Shown here: positions 1 through 8,756 of the stretch, piece by piece
Layout of the letters: every line of letters starts with the position of its first letter
Numbering within the stretch: the first letter of the stretch is position 1
Assembly: GCA_048941265.1 (NCBI GenBank)
Contig: JBHLNT010000095.1
Coordinates: forward strand, 1 to 15,797
Length of the DNA: 15,797 nt
Source: Promethearchaeota archaeon
GTDB taxonomy: Archaea; Asgardarchaeota; Lokiarchaeia; Sigyniarchaeales; SOKP01
Direction of reading: 5' to 3'
Program-made: the position numbers and the translations under genes
The notes under the pieces: generated by a model
What the model was told of the DNA's origin: nothing
What the model saw: the letters and a program-made list of their open reading frames with translations, nothing else
Database searches by the model: none

Positions 1-131
1 ATGCTCAAGAACATCCAGAAGATCCCGATCTTCCCGAGCTTTTGGCTAAATTAAATAAAGAGAAAAACCTATATCTGAAGTGGGAGCGGGAAGCATTTGG
101 GTGGGCTGTTTATGTGTTTAGAAAGACGTAA
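1..131 (+). CDS. 3' end of a probable class I SAM-dependent methyltransferase (partial)
   Basis: The frame from position 3 reads AQEHPEDPDLPELLAKLNKEKNLYLKWEREAFGWAVYVFRKT* (TAA 129-131). The P.DP...Y..W.RE..GW.V.V pattern resembles the C-terminus of YjhP-like methyltransferases. Only about 42 aa are visible. Confidence 0.5.
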   Translation, partial: AQEHPEDPDLPELLAKLNKEKNLYLKWEREAFGWAVYVFRKT

Positions 132-141
132 ATATAATAAG

Positions 142-161
142 AAAAAAAAATTGAAAAAAAA
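142..161 (-). terminator. oligo-T tracts downstream of the acetoacetyl-CoA synthetase gene
   Basis: Two A-runs on + (T-runs on -) directly after the stop at 165, in the gap between convergent genes; typical of archaeal intrinsic termination. Confidence 0.4.
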
Positions 162-164
162 GAT

Positions 165-2183
165 TTATTTTAATTTTGCTTTTATTTCTTCATAAAAATC
201 TAAGGAATCCGGATTTCTAAGAGCACCTCGGTTAGCTACAGGCATATCATGTATGATCTTGGTAACTGCGATTTCAACTTTTTTATTGCTGAATGTATAC
301 GGTATGCCATCTGGAGGTGTCTGAAAGATTAATCCAGGGATATGTCGAGGAGAGGTTTTTTCTCGTAGTGTTTGCTTTATTTTTGCCTTTAAATCATCAT
401 TTAATGTATATCCTTCATTAAGAAGAACAAACATGATAATTCGGATATCACCTTCGAATTTCTGACCTATAACAAGCGAATCTGCTACTTCAGGTAATTG
501 TTCAACTACGTTATAAATCTCTGCTGTTCCAATTCGGACACCACTTGGTTTCAAAACCGCATCTGATCTTCCCCAAAATGTTATACCTCCTGTATCGCTA
601 TGAATTACTATATAATCTCCATGCCTCCAGACATTTTTTCCAGTATCTTTGAAGAACTCAAAATAGGCGGCTTTATATTTTGTCATATTATCGTCATCAC
701 CCCAAAAATAAACAGGCATTGAGGGTGCGGGAGCCTCACACACAAGTTCAGCTTGTTCATCTTCAACGGGTTCAGCGTTTTCATTATAAGATTCCACTTT
801 CATACCTAATGCTCTCCCCTGTAACTCCCCTGAATACACAGGAAGAATTGGAATAGCCCCTGCAAAACATCCATTTATATCTGTACCACCGCTAATCGAA
901 TTGAAGTATAGATCTTTTTTAATTTCTCGGTACACGTATTCAAAACCTTCTGGAGAAAGAGTAGATGCTGTTTGTGAAATCTCTCTTAGTGAACTTAAAT
1001 CGTATTTTTCGGCGGGTTTAAGCTCAAGACCCATTAGGTAATGTATATAAGCAGCACTAGTACCAAAGATAGTAATTTTGTGTTTTTCCATGAATTCAAA
1101 AAATCTTAATGGATCTGGGTATAAGGGATTACCATCATACAAGAATATCGTTGCACCCGTCGCTAAGGCACTGATAAGCCAGTTCCACATTTTGGCTGGT
1201 ATAAGAAAATCTTATATCATCATCCATGAGGGCGCAGTGATATAATTTAGCACATCGCTTCTTTTAACATCAGTAGAAAGGATAAGCTCTTTTAAATGAT
1301 TAATAAGAACACCTCCTGCGCTTTGTACCATACACTTTGGTTTGCCAGTCGTGCCAGATGAGAACATTACAAAAACGGGATGATCAAAGGGTAATTGTTC
1401 AAAATCTATTTTGGGATCTACTTCTTTGGCAATAAAATCCTCCCAATTAACTGCCTTTGGAATGCCAGTAACATCTGCTTTGCCATCAGAAATATATGAC
1501 ACAACAACCACTTTCTCAATAGAGGGGATTGCTTCGACCACTTTCTTAGCATTCTCTCTAATATCAAACGCTTGATCCCTATAAAAATATCCGTCCACTG
1601 TAAAGAGTACTTTGGGTTCGATTTGACCGAATCTGTCTATGACCGCGCTTGACTGTAATTCAGCTCCGCAAGAAGCCCATGTTGCTCCAATTGTGGTTGC
1701 GGCAAGCATCGCTGTAGGAGTTTCGATTAAGTTTGGAATATAGGATACAACTCTATCTCCGATTTTCACTCCCATATCTTTTAAAGATTTTGCTAAGCGA
1801 GCTACGGTTTTATTTAATTCAGAATACGTAATTTGCTTAGATACTTTTGTTTCTCCTTGAAAAATGAAGGCTAGTTGATTATCTTTATATTTCAAAAGAT
1901 TTTCAGCAAAATTTAGACGTGCTCCGGGAAACCATTTAGTTCCCGGAAATACCCTTAGATCCTCAACCACTTTATCATATTTCTTAGAATATACAATTTC
2001 TCCAAAATCCCACATAGCTTCCCAAAATTCGGGTATACTTTCCACTGACCATTTGTATAGATCTTTACCTCCATTAATTCTTTGACCATGTATTTTATTT
2101 ACATATTCGATAAATCGAGTGACCTCTGCATTTTTTATCCATTCTTGAGATGGTTCCCATAATTTTTTTCTTTTATCACTCAT
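165..2183 (-). CDS. acetoacetate--CoA ligase (acetoacetyl-CoA synthetase), interrupted by a 30-nt insert; predicted join 2183..1221 + 1190..165, about 662 aa
   Basis: Motifs WFPGARLNFAENLL, FSSGTTGKPKC (AMP-binding loop), SISGGTD, VWRHGD, GRSDAVLKPSGVRIGTAEIY and KKVEIAV. The two ORFs are in the same frame (2195-1190 = 1005 nt). The track ORF starts at a GTG (2195) that lies within an SD-like GAGTGA, so ATG 2183 is the likelier start. Confidence 0.92.
1191..1220 (-). other. candidate 30-nt bulge-helix-bulge (tRNA-splicing-endonuclease-type) mRNA intron with in-frame TAA
   Basis: mRNA reads CCUCA-UGGA-UG^A-UGA-UAUAAGA-UUU-UCUUAUA-CCA-GCCA-AA^A-UGUGG. It has two 3-nt bulges (UGA, AAA) on opposite strands, a 4-nt central helix UGGA/GCCA (3 Watson-Crick pairs plus A.G) and a perfect 7-bp inner stem. 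Cutting after the 2nd nt of each bulge gives UCA UGG AUG|AUG UGG AAC UGG = SWMMWNW. Confidence 0.75.
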
Positions 2184-2444
2184 TATAATATTCACTCTAT
2201 TAGATTATTTATCCATAACATAATCTGTTAATATTGATTATTTCTAAATACGTGTCTTTTTTTATTAAGTTTTATTAATTTGGAAAGTTAATCTTACACA
2301 TTTTTTTTATAATCCTTTTTCTGCCGAAATATTGTGTCTATTAAATATTAATCAATGATTTATATATCAAACCGGAATAGATTTAATTAATCAAAAAAAT
2401 ATTTTAAAGCTAAAATTATGAAATCTAATATGAGGCGATATTAA

Positions 2445-3383
2445 ATGAATAACGATATATGGTTTGGTTATCATGTCCCTTCTGAGGGTCTTGATTTCGA
2501 AAAGATGAAAAAAATCTGCTTAACGGCTGAAGATGTCGGTATTGATCTTTTTACAACGACAGATCATTTTATGAATATGATGAATCCGATGGGGAAGGAA
2601 AATCATCCTCTTGAATGTTGGACCTTGCTAGCAGGTCTTGCGGCTGTTACTAAAAAAATTCGGTTAGGACCACTCGTATCATGTTATGGATATAGAGCAC
2701 CAACTCTTCTTGCAAAAATAGCAACAAGTGTTGATATTATAAGTAATGGAAGACTAGTAATGGGACTTGGAGCAGGATGGCATCAAGCTGAATTTAAAGG
2801 ATTTTATGGAAAATTCCCTCCGACAAGGGAACGAATACAAGGTTTTGAAGACACATTAGCCATTATCCATTCTATGTTCCATAATGAGCATACTTCATAT
2901 AAAGGAAAAATTTTCTCAGTCGAAAATACTTTAAATAGCCCGCTTCCTATTCAGAAAGAATTACCGATAATGGCGGGAGTTTTTGGGAAATTAACGATCA
3001 AGATTGCTACACGCTATGCTGATATTATTCATTGTATTTTTGATCCTGTACCAGAAGTCGTAGACAGCCGGAAAGTTCAAATAATTGAAAGCTGTAAAGA
3101 AACAGGAAGAAATCCAGATGAAATACGTATTGCTGGAGGATATACGCTGTGGCTAAATCCAACAAAAGAAGACATTTCTGGACGCGTTATGAGATTAAAA
3201 ATGAGGGGTCAAATATCTACTAAAGAAGCAGAGAAGATCGTTAAAAGTGCTCCAACGACGCCAGATGCTCACATTGAGGCAATGCAAGAGTTAATCAATC
3301 GTGGATTGAGAGTTTTTACTTTTATGGGTTCTATCGACAATTTAAAAATATTCGGAGAAAGAGTTATTTCAAAATTGAAATGA
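2445..3383 (+). CDS. LLM-class (luciferase-like) flavin/F420-dependent oxidoreductase
   Basis: DHF motif, LECWTLLAGLAAVTKKIRLGPLV, YRAPTLLAKIATSVDIISNGRLVMGLGAGW, P.Q..LPI. Confidence 0.9.
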   Translation: MNNDIWFGYHVPSEGLDFEKMKKICLTAEDVGIDLFTTTDHFMNMMNPMGKENHPLECWTLLAGLAAVTKKIRLGPLVSCYGYRAPTLLAKIATSVDIISNGRLVMGLGAGWHQAEFKGFYGKFPPTRERIQGFEDTLAIIHSMFHNEHTSYKGKIFSVENTLNSPLPIQKELPIMAGVFGKLTIKIATRYADIIHCIFDPVPEVVDSRKVQIIESCKETGRNPDEIRIAGGYTLWLNPTKEDISGRVMRLKMRGQISTKEAEKIVKSAPTTPDAHIEAMQELINRGLRVFTFMGSIDNLKIFGERVISKLK

Positions 3384-3504
3384 TAAAGATAAAAAAACGA
3401 AAATTTTCTTTTATTTCTTACTTATACGAACTATGAAATAAATGATTTTAAGATTAATATTTTAATACTAGGAAAATATTTTAAAAGAAAACCCCAAAAA
3501 CCTT

Positions 3505-3511
3505 GAGGTGA
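3505..3511 (+). promoter_or_regulatory. Shine-Dalgarno site GAGGTGA
   Basis: Strong SD consensus 6 nt upstream of the in-frame ATT at 3518. Confidence 0.65.
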
Positions 3512-3517
3512 AGTAAT

Positions 3518-4138
3518 ATTATCATAAAACATAGAGGATTTATACCTGATGTCAATCCTTCCGCGTTTATAGCGCCAACTGCCGTTCTTGTTGGAAAAGT
3601 TACCATAGGAAAAAATTCAAGAATAATGTATGGTTCAGTTCTTGATTCTGAGGGTTCAGAAATAGATATCGGTGATTCTACAGTTATCTGTGAGAATGCT
3701 GTCCTTAGAGCCACCGCTGCAGGGAATAAAAATTATCCTGTTAAGGTGGGTGATAACGTTTTTATTAGTCCACATGCGACGCTCATAGGGTGCCAAGTAC
3801 AATCTTCTTCATATATCGCCACAGGTGCGACTGTATTGCAAGGTGCTATTATTCATTCAGGGGCAGCGATCGCAGTTGGTGCATTTGTTCATGCAAATAC
3901 AGTTATTCCATCCGAAATGTTCATCCCGCCTAATAACATCGCAATAGGAGATCCTATGAAACTGTATAGTCCTGATGATAAAGAAAGACTTGTTAAAGCT
4001 ATAAAATCTATAGAATTTGCAAAAACTGCATTTGATATTAATGTTCAATGGGAAAACCGTATTGAACGCTATAAGCAAGCTACAAAAGTTCGGTCAAAGG
4101 AGTTTAGAAATCATTTTCGTGATGAAATAGTCAAATAA
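3518..4138 (+). CDS. gamma-class carbonic anhydrase-like / left-handed beta-helix protein; probable start at ATT 3518 (206 aa)
   Basis: Hexapeptide repeats throughout. The frame stays open for 36 codons upstream of ATG 3626 and reads (I)IIKHRGFIPDVNPSAFIAPTAVLVGKVTIGKNSRI, the typical N-terminus of this family. SD GAGGTGA at 3505-3511. Confidence 0.85.
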   Translation: MIIKHRGFIPDVNPSAFIAPTAVLVGKVTIGKNSRIMYGSVLDSEGSEIDIGDSTVICENAVLRATAAGNKNYPVKVGDNVFISPHATLIGCQVQSSSYIATGATVLQGAIIHSGAAIAVGAFVHANTVIPSEMFIPPNNIAIGDPMKLYSPDDKERLVKAIKSIEFAKTAFDINVQWENRIERYKQATKVRSKEFRNHFRDEIVK

Positions 4139-4360
4139 TACAGGGTTAGAAAGAAATAATAATAGAGAGAGATTAAATTTTGATTAACACAAAATTTATT
4201 TCCCATTCAAAGGATATTCTAAAAAGATAGAATTTCCTTCAGTTTTAGTTTTATTTTCATTAAAAGCCAAGCTGTATTTTCAAAAGTCTATATAAAATAT
4301 AATAAAAAATAATTAATATTAAACAGTTTATCATATAAATTAAAAGAGTGAGGAAATGCT

Positions 4361-5419
4361 GTGCCAAAATTAATAAAAAACATCTCCAAAAAAGCGGGTC
4401 TTCCACCAGGTACCCTTTTGTATGTAGGAGACGAGAAGAAGGAGAAGGTTAAAATCCAAATGATAACTTATGATAAAAATGAATTTGACGAGAAAGAGAT
4501 AACCTTTATAGATGATGCCGTTTCTCAAATGGATCGTTCTAAGATAACATGGATAAAAATATCGGGAGTACATGATGTCAAAATCATACAAAAAATTGGA
4601 GATCTCTTACATATACATCCACTTGTGTTAGAAGATATTATGAATACAGAGCAACGTCCTAAAACTGAAATATTTAATGACTATATTTTTATCATTTTAA
4701 AAAGATTTTACTTTTCTGAACAGAAGGAAAGATTGAACGAAGAGCAAATAAGTATAATTTTAGGTTCAAATCTATTGGTTTCTTTTCAAGAACAAGAGTT
4801 TGATACATTTAATAACGTCCGAATAAGAATAAAGGAAAATATGGGGGTTATAAGAAACATGGGAGCAGATTTTCTTACTTATAGCATAATCGATATTATA
4901 GTAGACGATTATTTTAAAATCTTAGAAAAGTTATCTAATATGATTGAGAAAATTGAAGAAGATTTTATAAAGAACCCCGAGCAAGAAATTCTTCAATTAT
5001 TGTTTAAAGTTAGAAGGGAAATTCTCATATTACAAAAATCTATTTTACCATTGAGAGAAGTAATAAATGGATTAGAAAAAACTAAATTTATTGATCAGTC
5101 AACATATCTGTTTTTCAAGGATATATATGATCATATAATTCACATTTTAGATATGATTGAACTATTGAGAAATATAATGATTGAAATGATTAATCTCTAC
5201 CTTTCAAGTGTTAGTAATAAATTAAATGAAGTTATGAAATTATTAACGATTGTTTCTACAATATTTATACCAATAACATTTTTAGCTAGTCTCTATGGAA
5301 TGAATTTTCTTTTTCTTCCAGGTTCAAATTTGTATTATGGTTTTTTTATATTGTTAATATTAATGTTATTAATAAGTATAACGATGTTGATTTATTTTAG
5401 AAAAATAAAATGGTTATAA
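4361..5419 (+). CDS. corA: magnesium/cobalt transporter CorA
   Basis: N-terminal KAGLPPGTL.YVG, HPLVLEDIMNTEQRPK, NEVMKLLT...FIPITFLASLYGMNF signature, two C-terminal TM helices. GTG start with purine-rich GAGTGAGGA upstream. Confidence 0.95.
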   Translation: MPKLIKNISKKAGLPPGTLLYVGDEKKEKVKIQMITYDKNEFDEKEITFIDDAVSQMDRSKITWIKISGVHDVKIIQKIGDLLHIHPLVLEDIMNTEQRPKTEIFNDYIFIILKRFYFSEQKERLNEEQISIILGSNLLVSFQEQEFDTFNNVRIRIKENMGVIRNMGADFLTYSIIDIIVDDYFKILEKLSNMIEKIEEDFIKNPEQEILQLLFKVRREILILQKSILPLREVINGLEKTKFIDQSTYLFFKDIYDHIIHILDMIELLRNIMIEMINLYLSSVSNKLNEVMKLLTIVSTIFIPITFLASLYGMNFLFLPGSNLYYGFFILLILMLLISITMLIYFRKIKWL

Positions 5420-5669
5420 TAAGAACCTTAAAAAAATTTTTAATGAATTTTCTTATATAGAATCTCTAAATAGTAATCTGGTTTAAATCATTTCCATAAT
5501 AATCAATTATTACCATTTTATAACTATTGAAACACAAAGACGTAACTCAATTCATAACTATTTACCTAATAATTTTTTAATTTATGATTCAAATAAATAA
5601 TCCTTATATAGAGGATTAAAATCCATAATTATTATCATAGAACAAAGTTTTATAAATCGGATTTTTTAG

Positions 5670-8084
5670 ATGCTTTCAACGGATACAATGGTTTATAAGG
5701 ATATCTCAATCGAAAATGCAATTAAAATATTAGATGTATCATTAAATGGTCTAACCGAAACAGAAGCCTCCCAGAGAATTGCACTATTTGGAGAAAATAG
5801 AATTCAAGAACAAAAAAAAAATCCACTTTTAGAGTTTTTTTCTCGATATTGGGGACCTATGCCATGGTTATTAGAATTAGCAATGTTGCTCTCATTTTTA
5901 GTAGGTCATTATATTGAAGTTATAATAATTTTCGTATTGCTTACTGTTAATGTGATTATTGGTTTTATTCATAATCTTAATTCACAAAAAGCATTAGAAT
6001 ATCTTAAAAAAAGGCTGGCAATTAAAGCTAATATATTACGTGATGGAAAATGGATTTTGAAAGATTCTTTTGAGATTGTGCCTGGAGATATTTTTAGAGT
6101 TGAACTTGGTGATGTTATTCCTGCTGATTCCAAAATTATCAATGGTGAACTCTCAGTTGATCAATCTGTTCTTACTGGTGAATCTTTTCCTATAAATAAA
6201 CATAGATCAGATATCCTCTTTTCGGGTAGTATGGCCATTCACGGTGAAGCTAAATGCTTAGCTGTAAATACAGGCTTAAATACATATTTCGGTAAAACAA
6301 TTGAATTAGTTAAAATAGCGAAGCCAAAATCTCATCAAGAAGAGTTAATATTAACTATTAACAAATATATGTTATATATTGGAATCATAGCGTTAGCCTT
6401 AGTAATAATAAATGCTTTATTTTTGAAAAAAGATTTCCTATCAATAATTACCTTTGCAGCTATTTTTTTGATTGGATCTGTTCCGATAGCATTGCCTGCA
6501 GTATTTACTATTGTTCAGTCTGTCGGTGCTAAAGAACTTTCTAAAAAAGATGCTTTAGTGACTAAGCTTGATTCAATCGAGGATGCAGCCTCAATGAATA
6601 TACTATTTATTGATAAAACTGGTACAATTACCCAAAATAAACTATCAATTGTTAATATTGTTTCTTTTTCAGGGTATAATACTGATGATGTAATTAAAAT
6701 CGCCAGTTTAGCCTCTAATGAAGAAAGTAAAGAAGCTATTGATATTATTATAATTGATTATGCGAGGAAAAATAATATTGATTTTAAAATATATAAAAAA
6801 ATTGAATTCACCCCATTCGATCCATCAATCAAACGTTCAGAAGCTATAATTGAAACTAATGGGACAACATTTAAGGGAATAAAGGGTTCTCCACCAATCG
6901 TATTATCTCTTTGCACTGGCTTGGATCAAGATTCTCGAGTCAAGATAAATAATACTTTAGAGGAATTATCTATGAAAGGATATAGAACTCTTGGAGTTGC
7001 GGTGTCAAAAAAAAAAGATTTTGAAAATATACAATTTATTGGAATAATCACATTTGCTGATCCTATTAGAAATGATTCGAAACACATGATTGAAGAACTT
7101 AAAAGTCTAGGTATAAAACCTATTATGCTCACAGGTGACAGTCTTAGTATAGCAAAGGAGATTGCTTCACAATCTTCGTTTGGAACCAATATACTTCAAA
7201 TGAATACTCTAAGAGATTTGATTGATAGATATCAAGTAAAAGATATTGAGAGTATCGATGGAGTTGCTGAGATTTATCCCGAAGATAAATATAAAATAGT
7301 AAAATTTTTACAGTCAATAGGACATATTGTTGGAATGACTGGCGATGGTTTAAATGATGCTCCTGCCTTAAAACAAGCAGAAATGGGAATCGCTGTAAGT
7401 AATTCTACAGATGTCGCTAAAGCATCTGCTGATATAGTTTTAATGACAGAAGGCTTAGGCGTTATAAATGATACAATAAAAATTAGTAGGAAAATTTATC
7501 AACGAATGCTTTCTTGGGTAATAAATAAAGTATCTAAAGTTATACAAATTATTGGAATACTTGTTATAGCTTTTTTTTGGTTAGATTATATCATAATAAC
7601 TCTTATAGGTATGGTTTTGATTATGTTTGCGAATGATTTTGTCACTATCTCATTAGCAACAGATAATGTAAAACATACTCCTAATCCAAATTATTGGAAC
7701 GTGAAAAAAATAATGTTGTCATCCTCAGTAATTGGAATATTATTAGTTATACAAGGATTAATTGCTATACAAATTGGCTTAGTATTTTTCCAATTAGGTA
7801 TCGAGAAATTAAGTGCATTTATAATATTGTTAGTTATATTTTCTAGTCAATTTAGAGCATATATTGTAAGGGAAAGAAGACATTTCTGGTCCTCAAAGCC
7901 TTGTAAAGAACTTATAATCTCAACTTCTGCGGCAATTGTTATATTTATTTTCATCGGTTTATATGGATTAATTATTCCATCTCTAACATTAAGCCAAATA
8001 ATTTTTATCCTTATATATTCAGCATTATTTACATTTAGTATAGATATTCCAAAATATTACATATTTCGAAAAACGGGATTATAG
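5670..8084 (+). CDS. plasma-membrane proton-efflux P-type ATPase (P3A), paralogue 1
   Basis: WGPMPW, DQSVLTGES, PIALP (M4), DKTGT phosphorylation site, PFDP..KR, TGD, TGDGLNDAPALK, M6 ..AND. Confidence 0.9.
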   Translation: MLSTDTMVYKDISIENAIKILDVSLNGLTETEASQRIALFGENRIQEQKKNPLLEFFSRYWGPMPWLLELAMLLSFLVGHYIEVIIIFVLLTVNVIIGFIHNLNSQKALEYLKKRLAIKANILRDGKWILKDSFEIVPGDIFRVELGDVIPADSKIINGELSVDQSVLTGESFPINKHRSDILFSGSMAIHGEAKCLAVNTGLNTYFGKTIELVKIAKPKSHQEELILTINKYMLYIGIIALALVIINALFLKKDFLSIITFAAIFLIGSVPIALPAVFTIVQSVGAKELSKKDALVTKLDSIEDAASMNILFIDKTGTITQNKLSIVNIVSFSGYNTDDVIKIASLASNEESKEAIDIIIIDYARKNNIDFKIYKKIEFTPFDPSIKRSEAIIETNGTTFKGIKGSPPIVLSLCTGLDQDSRVKINNTLEELSMKGYRTLGVAVSKKKDFENIQFIGIITFADPIRNDSKHMIEELKSLGIKPIMLTGDSLSIAKEIASQSSFGTNILQMNTLRDLIDRYQVKDIESIDGVAEIYPEDKYKIVKFLQSIGHIVGMTGDGLNDAPALKQAEMGIAVSNSTDVAKASADIVLMTEGLGVINDTIKISRKIYQRMLSWVINKVSKVIQIIGILVIAFFWLDYIIITLIGMVLIMFANDFVTISLATDNVKHTPNPNYWNVKKIMLSSSVIGILLVIQGLIAIQIGLVFFQLGIEKLSAFIILLVIFSSQFRAYIVRERRHFWSSKPCKELIISTSAAIVIFIFIGLYGLIIPSLTLSQIIFILIYSALFTFSIDIPKYYIFRKTGL

Positions 8085-8131
8085 GAATGGATTCATTTTC
8101 CATAAGTATTAAATTTAAATTCTAAAAATAA

Positions 8132-8281
8132 TTAAGAGCCAATAATAGGTTTCTGATTTTTAAATTTAAACGGTAGTTTAATTCCAGAGTATGGACAATG
8201 ATTATTTTTAATATCATTGAAATCCAGTAATAATGAACCACAATAAAAACAAAATCTTAGTTTTTTTTTCTTACTTACCAT
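8132..8281 (-). CDS. small basic zinc-ribbon-like protein (49 aa), possibly degenerate
   Basis: From ATG 8281: MVSKKKKLRFCFYCGSLL...NHCPYSGIKL, i.e. CxxCG ... CPxSG with the fourth Cys replaced by Ser. Confidence 0.45.
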   Translation of the reverse strand: MVSKKKKLRFCFYCGSLLLDFNDIKNNHCPYSGIKLPFKFKNQKPIIGS

Positions 8282-8329
8282 AATAGATATCATCTTGAGA
8301 CATTTAAAAAAATATAAAAAAAACATAAA

Positions 8330-8499
8330 TTAATGTAATACTAAAACGTCTGTATCTACTTCATTAATTATATGTGTTGACACTGAACAATCCAAAATAT
8401 ATCTAGAGTATTTCCATATCCAGGTGCGATAAGAATATCCTCTGTAGTTTGTTCTTTAATTATAAGAGTAAACAAATTATTTTTTAACATTCTTAACAT
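8330..8499 (-). pseudogene. degraded universal stress protein (USP) remnant
   Basis: The minus frame ending at TAA (8330-8332) reads ..ILDCSVSTHIINEVDTDVLVLH*, matching the USP C-terminus (neighbour: LLGTVSSHVVNNAECDVLIVR). A different frame upstream gives IIKEQTTEDILIAPGYG (cf. KIKEENFDLVVLGGKG). Frameshifted and 5'-truncated. Confidence 0.6.
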
Positions 8500-8756
8500 T
8501 TCAATCGCTTAAATCCTTACAATTTCGAATTTATATTATTTACATTACATTTGATTAATCACTTTTTAAAATATATTGATTATTAATTATGTGATAAAAT
8601 TCTTTGGGAGTTAAAACGACTTTTAAGTTTTTATTTAAGGTTTATAAAAAAGGAATTTAGACAATTAACTGTTATAATAAGAAATTTAAAAAAATATTTT
8701 ATTGATTTTATTAATTAAAATCTCTAGATATTAATTTAGGCTATATAATTTCCACA

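Noticed and set aside
1188-1220. Insert as a MITE or transposon footprint with an ATG target-site duplication
   Set aside because: The ATG repeat is explained by the Met-Met codons, there are no terminal inverted repeats, and the insert's 3' end pairs with the upstream exon as a BHB requires. Not strictly excluded as the origin.
165-2195. Reading the two synthetase ORFs as separate genes, a simple nonsense pseudogene, or stop readthrough
   Set aside because: The break is a 30-nt insertion in a conserved motif, not a point change. Readthrough would leave 10 extra residues inside WMMWNW, and both halves are otherwise intact.
3481-4078. Minus-strand ORFs 3481-3714 and 3857-4078
   Set aside because: Antisense shadows of the gamma-CA-like gene with no motifs.
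4370-4591. 73-aa minus-strand ORF
   Set aside because: Antisense to corA with no recognisable features.
6926-7189. 87-aa minus-strand ORF
   Set aside because: Antisense shadow of H+-ATPase 1.
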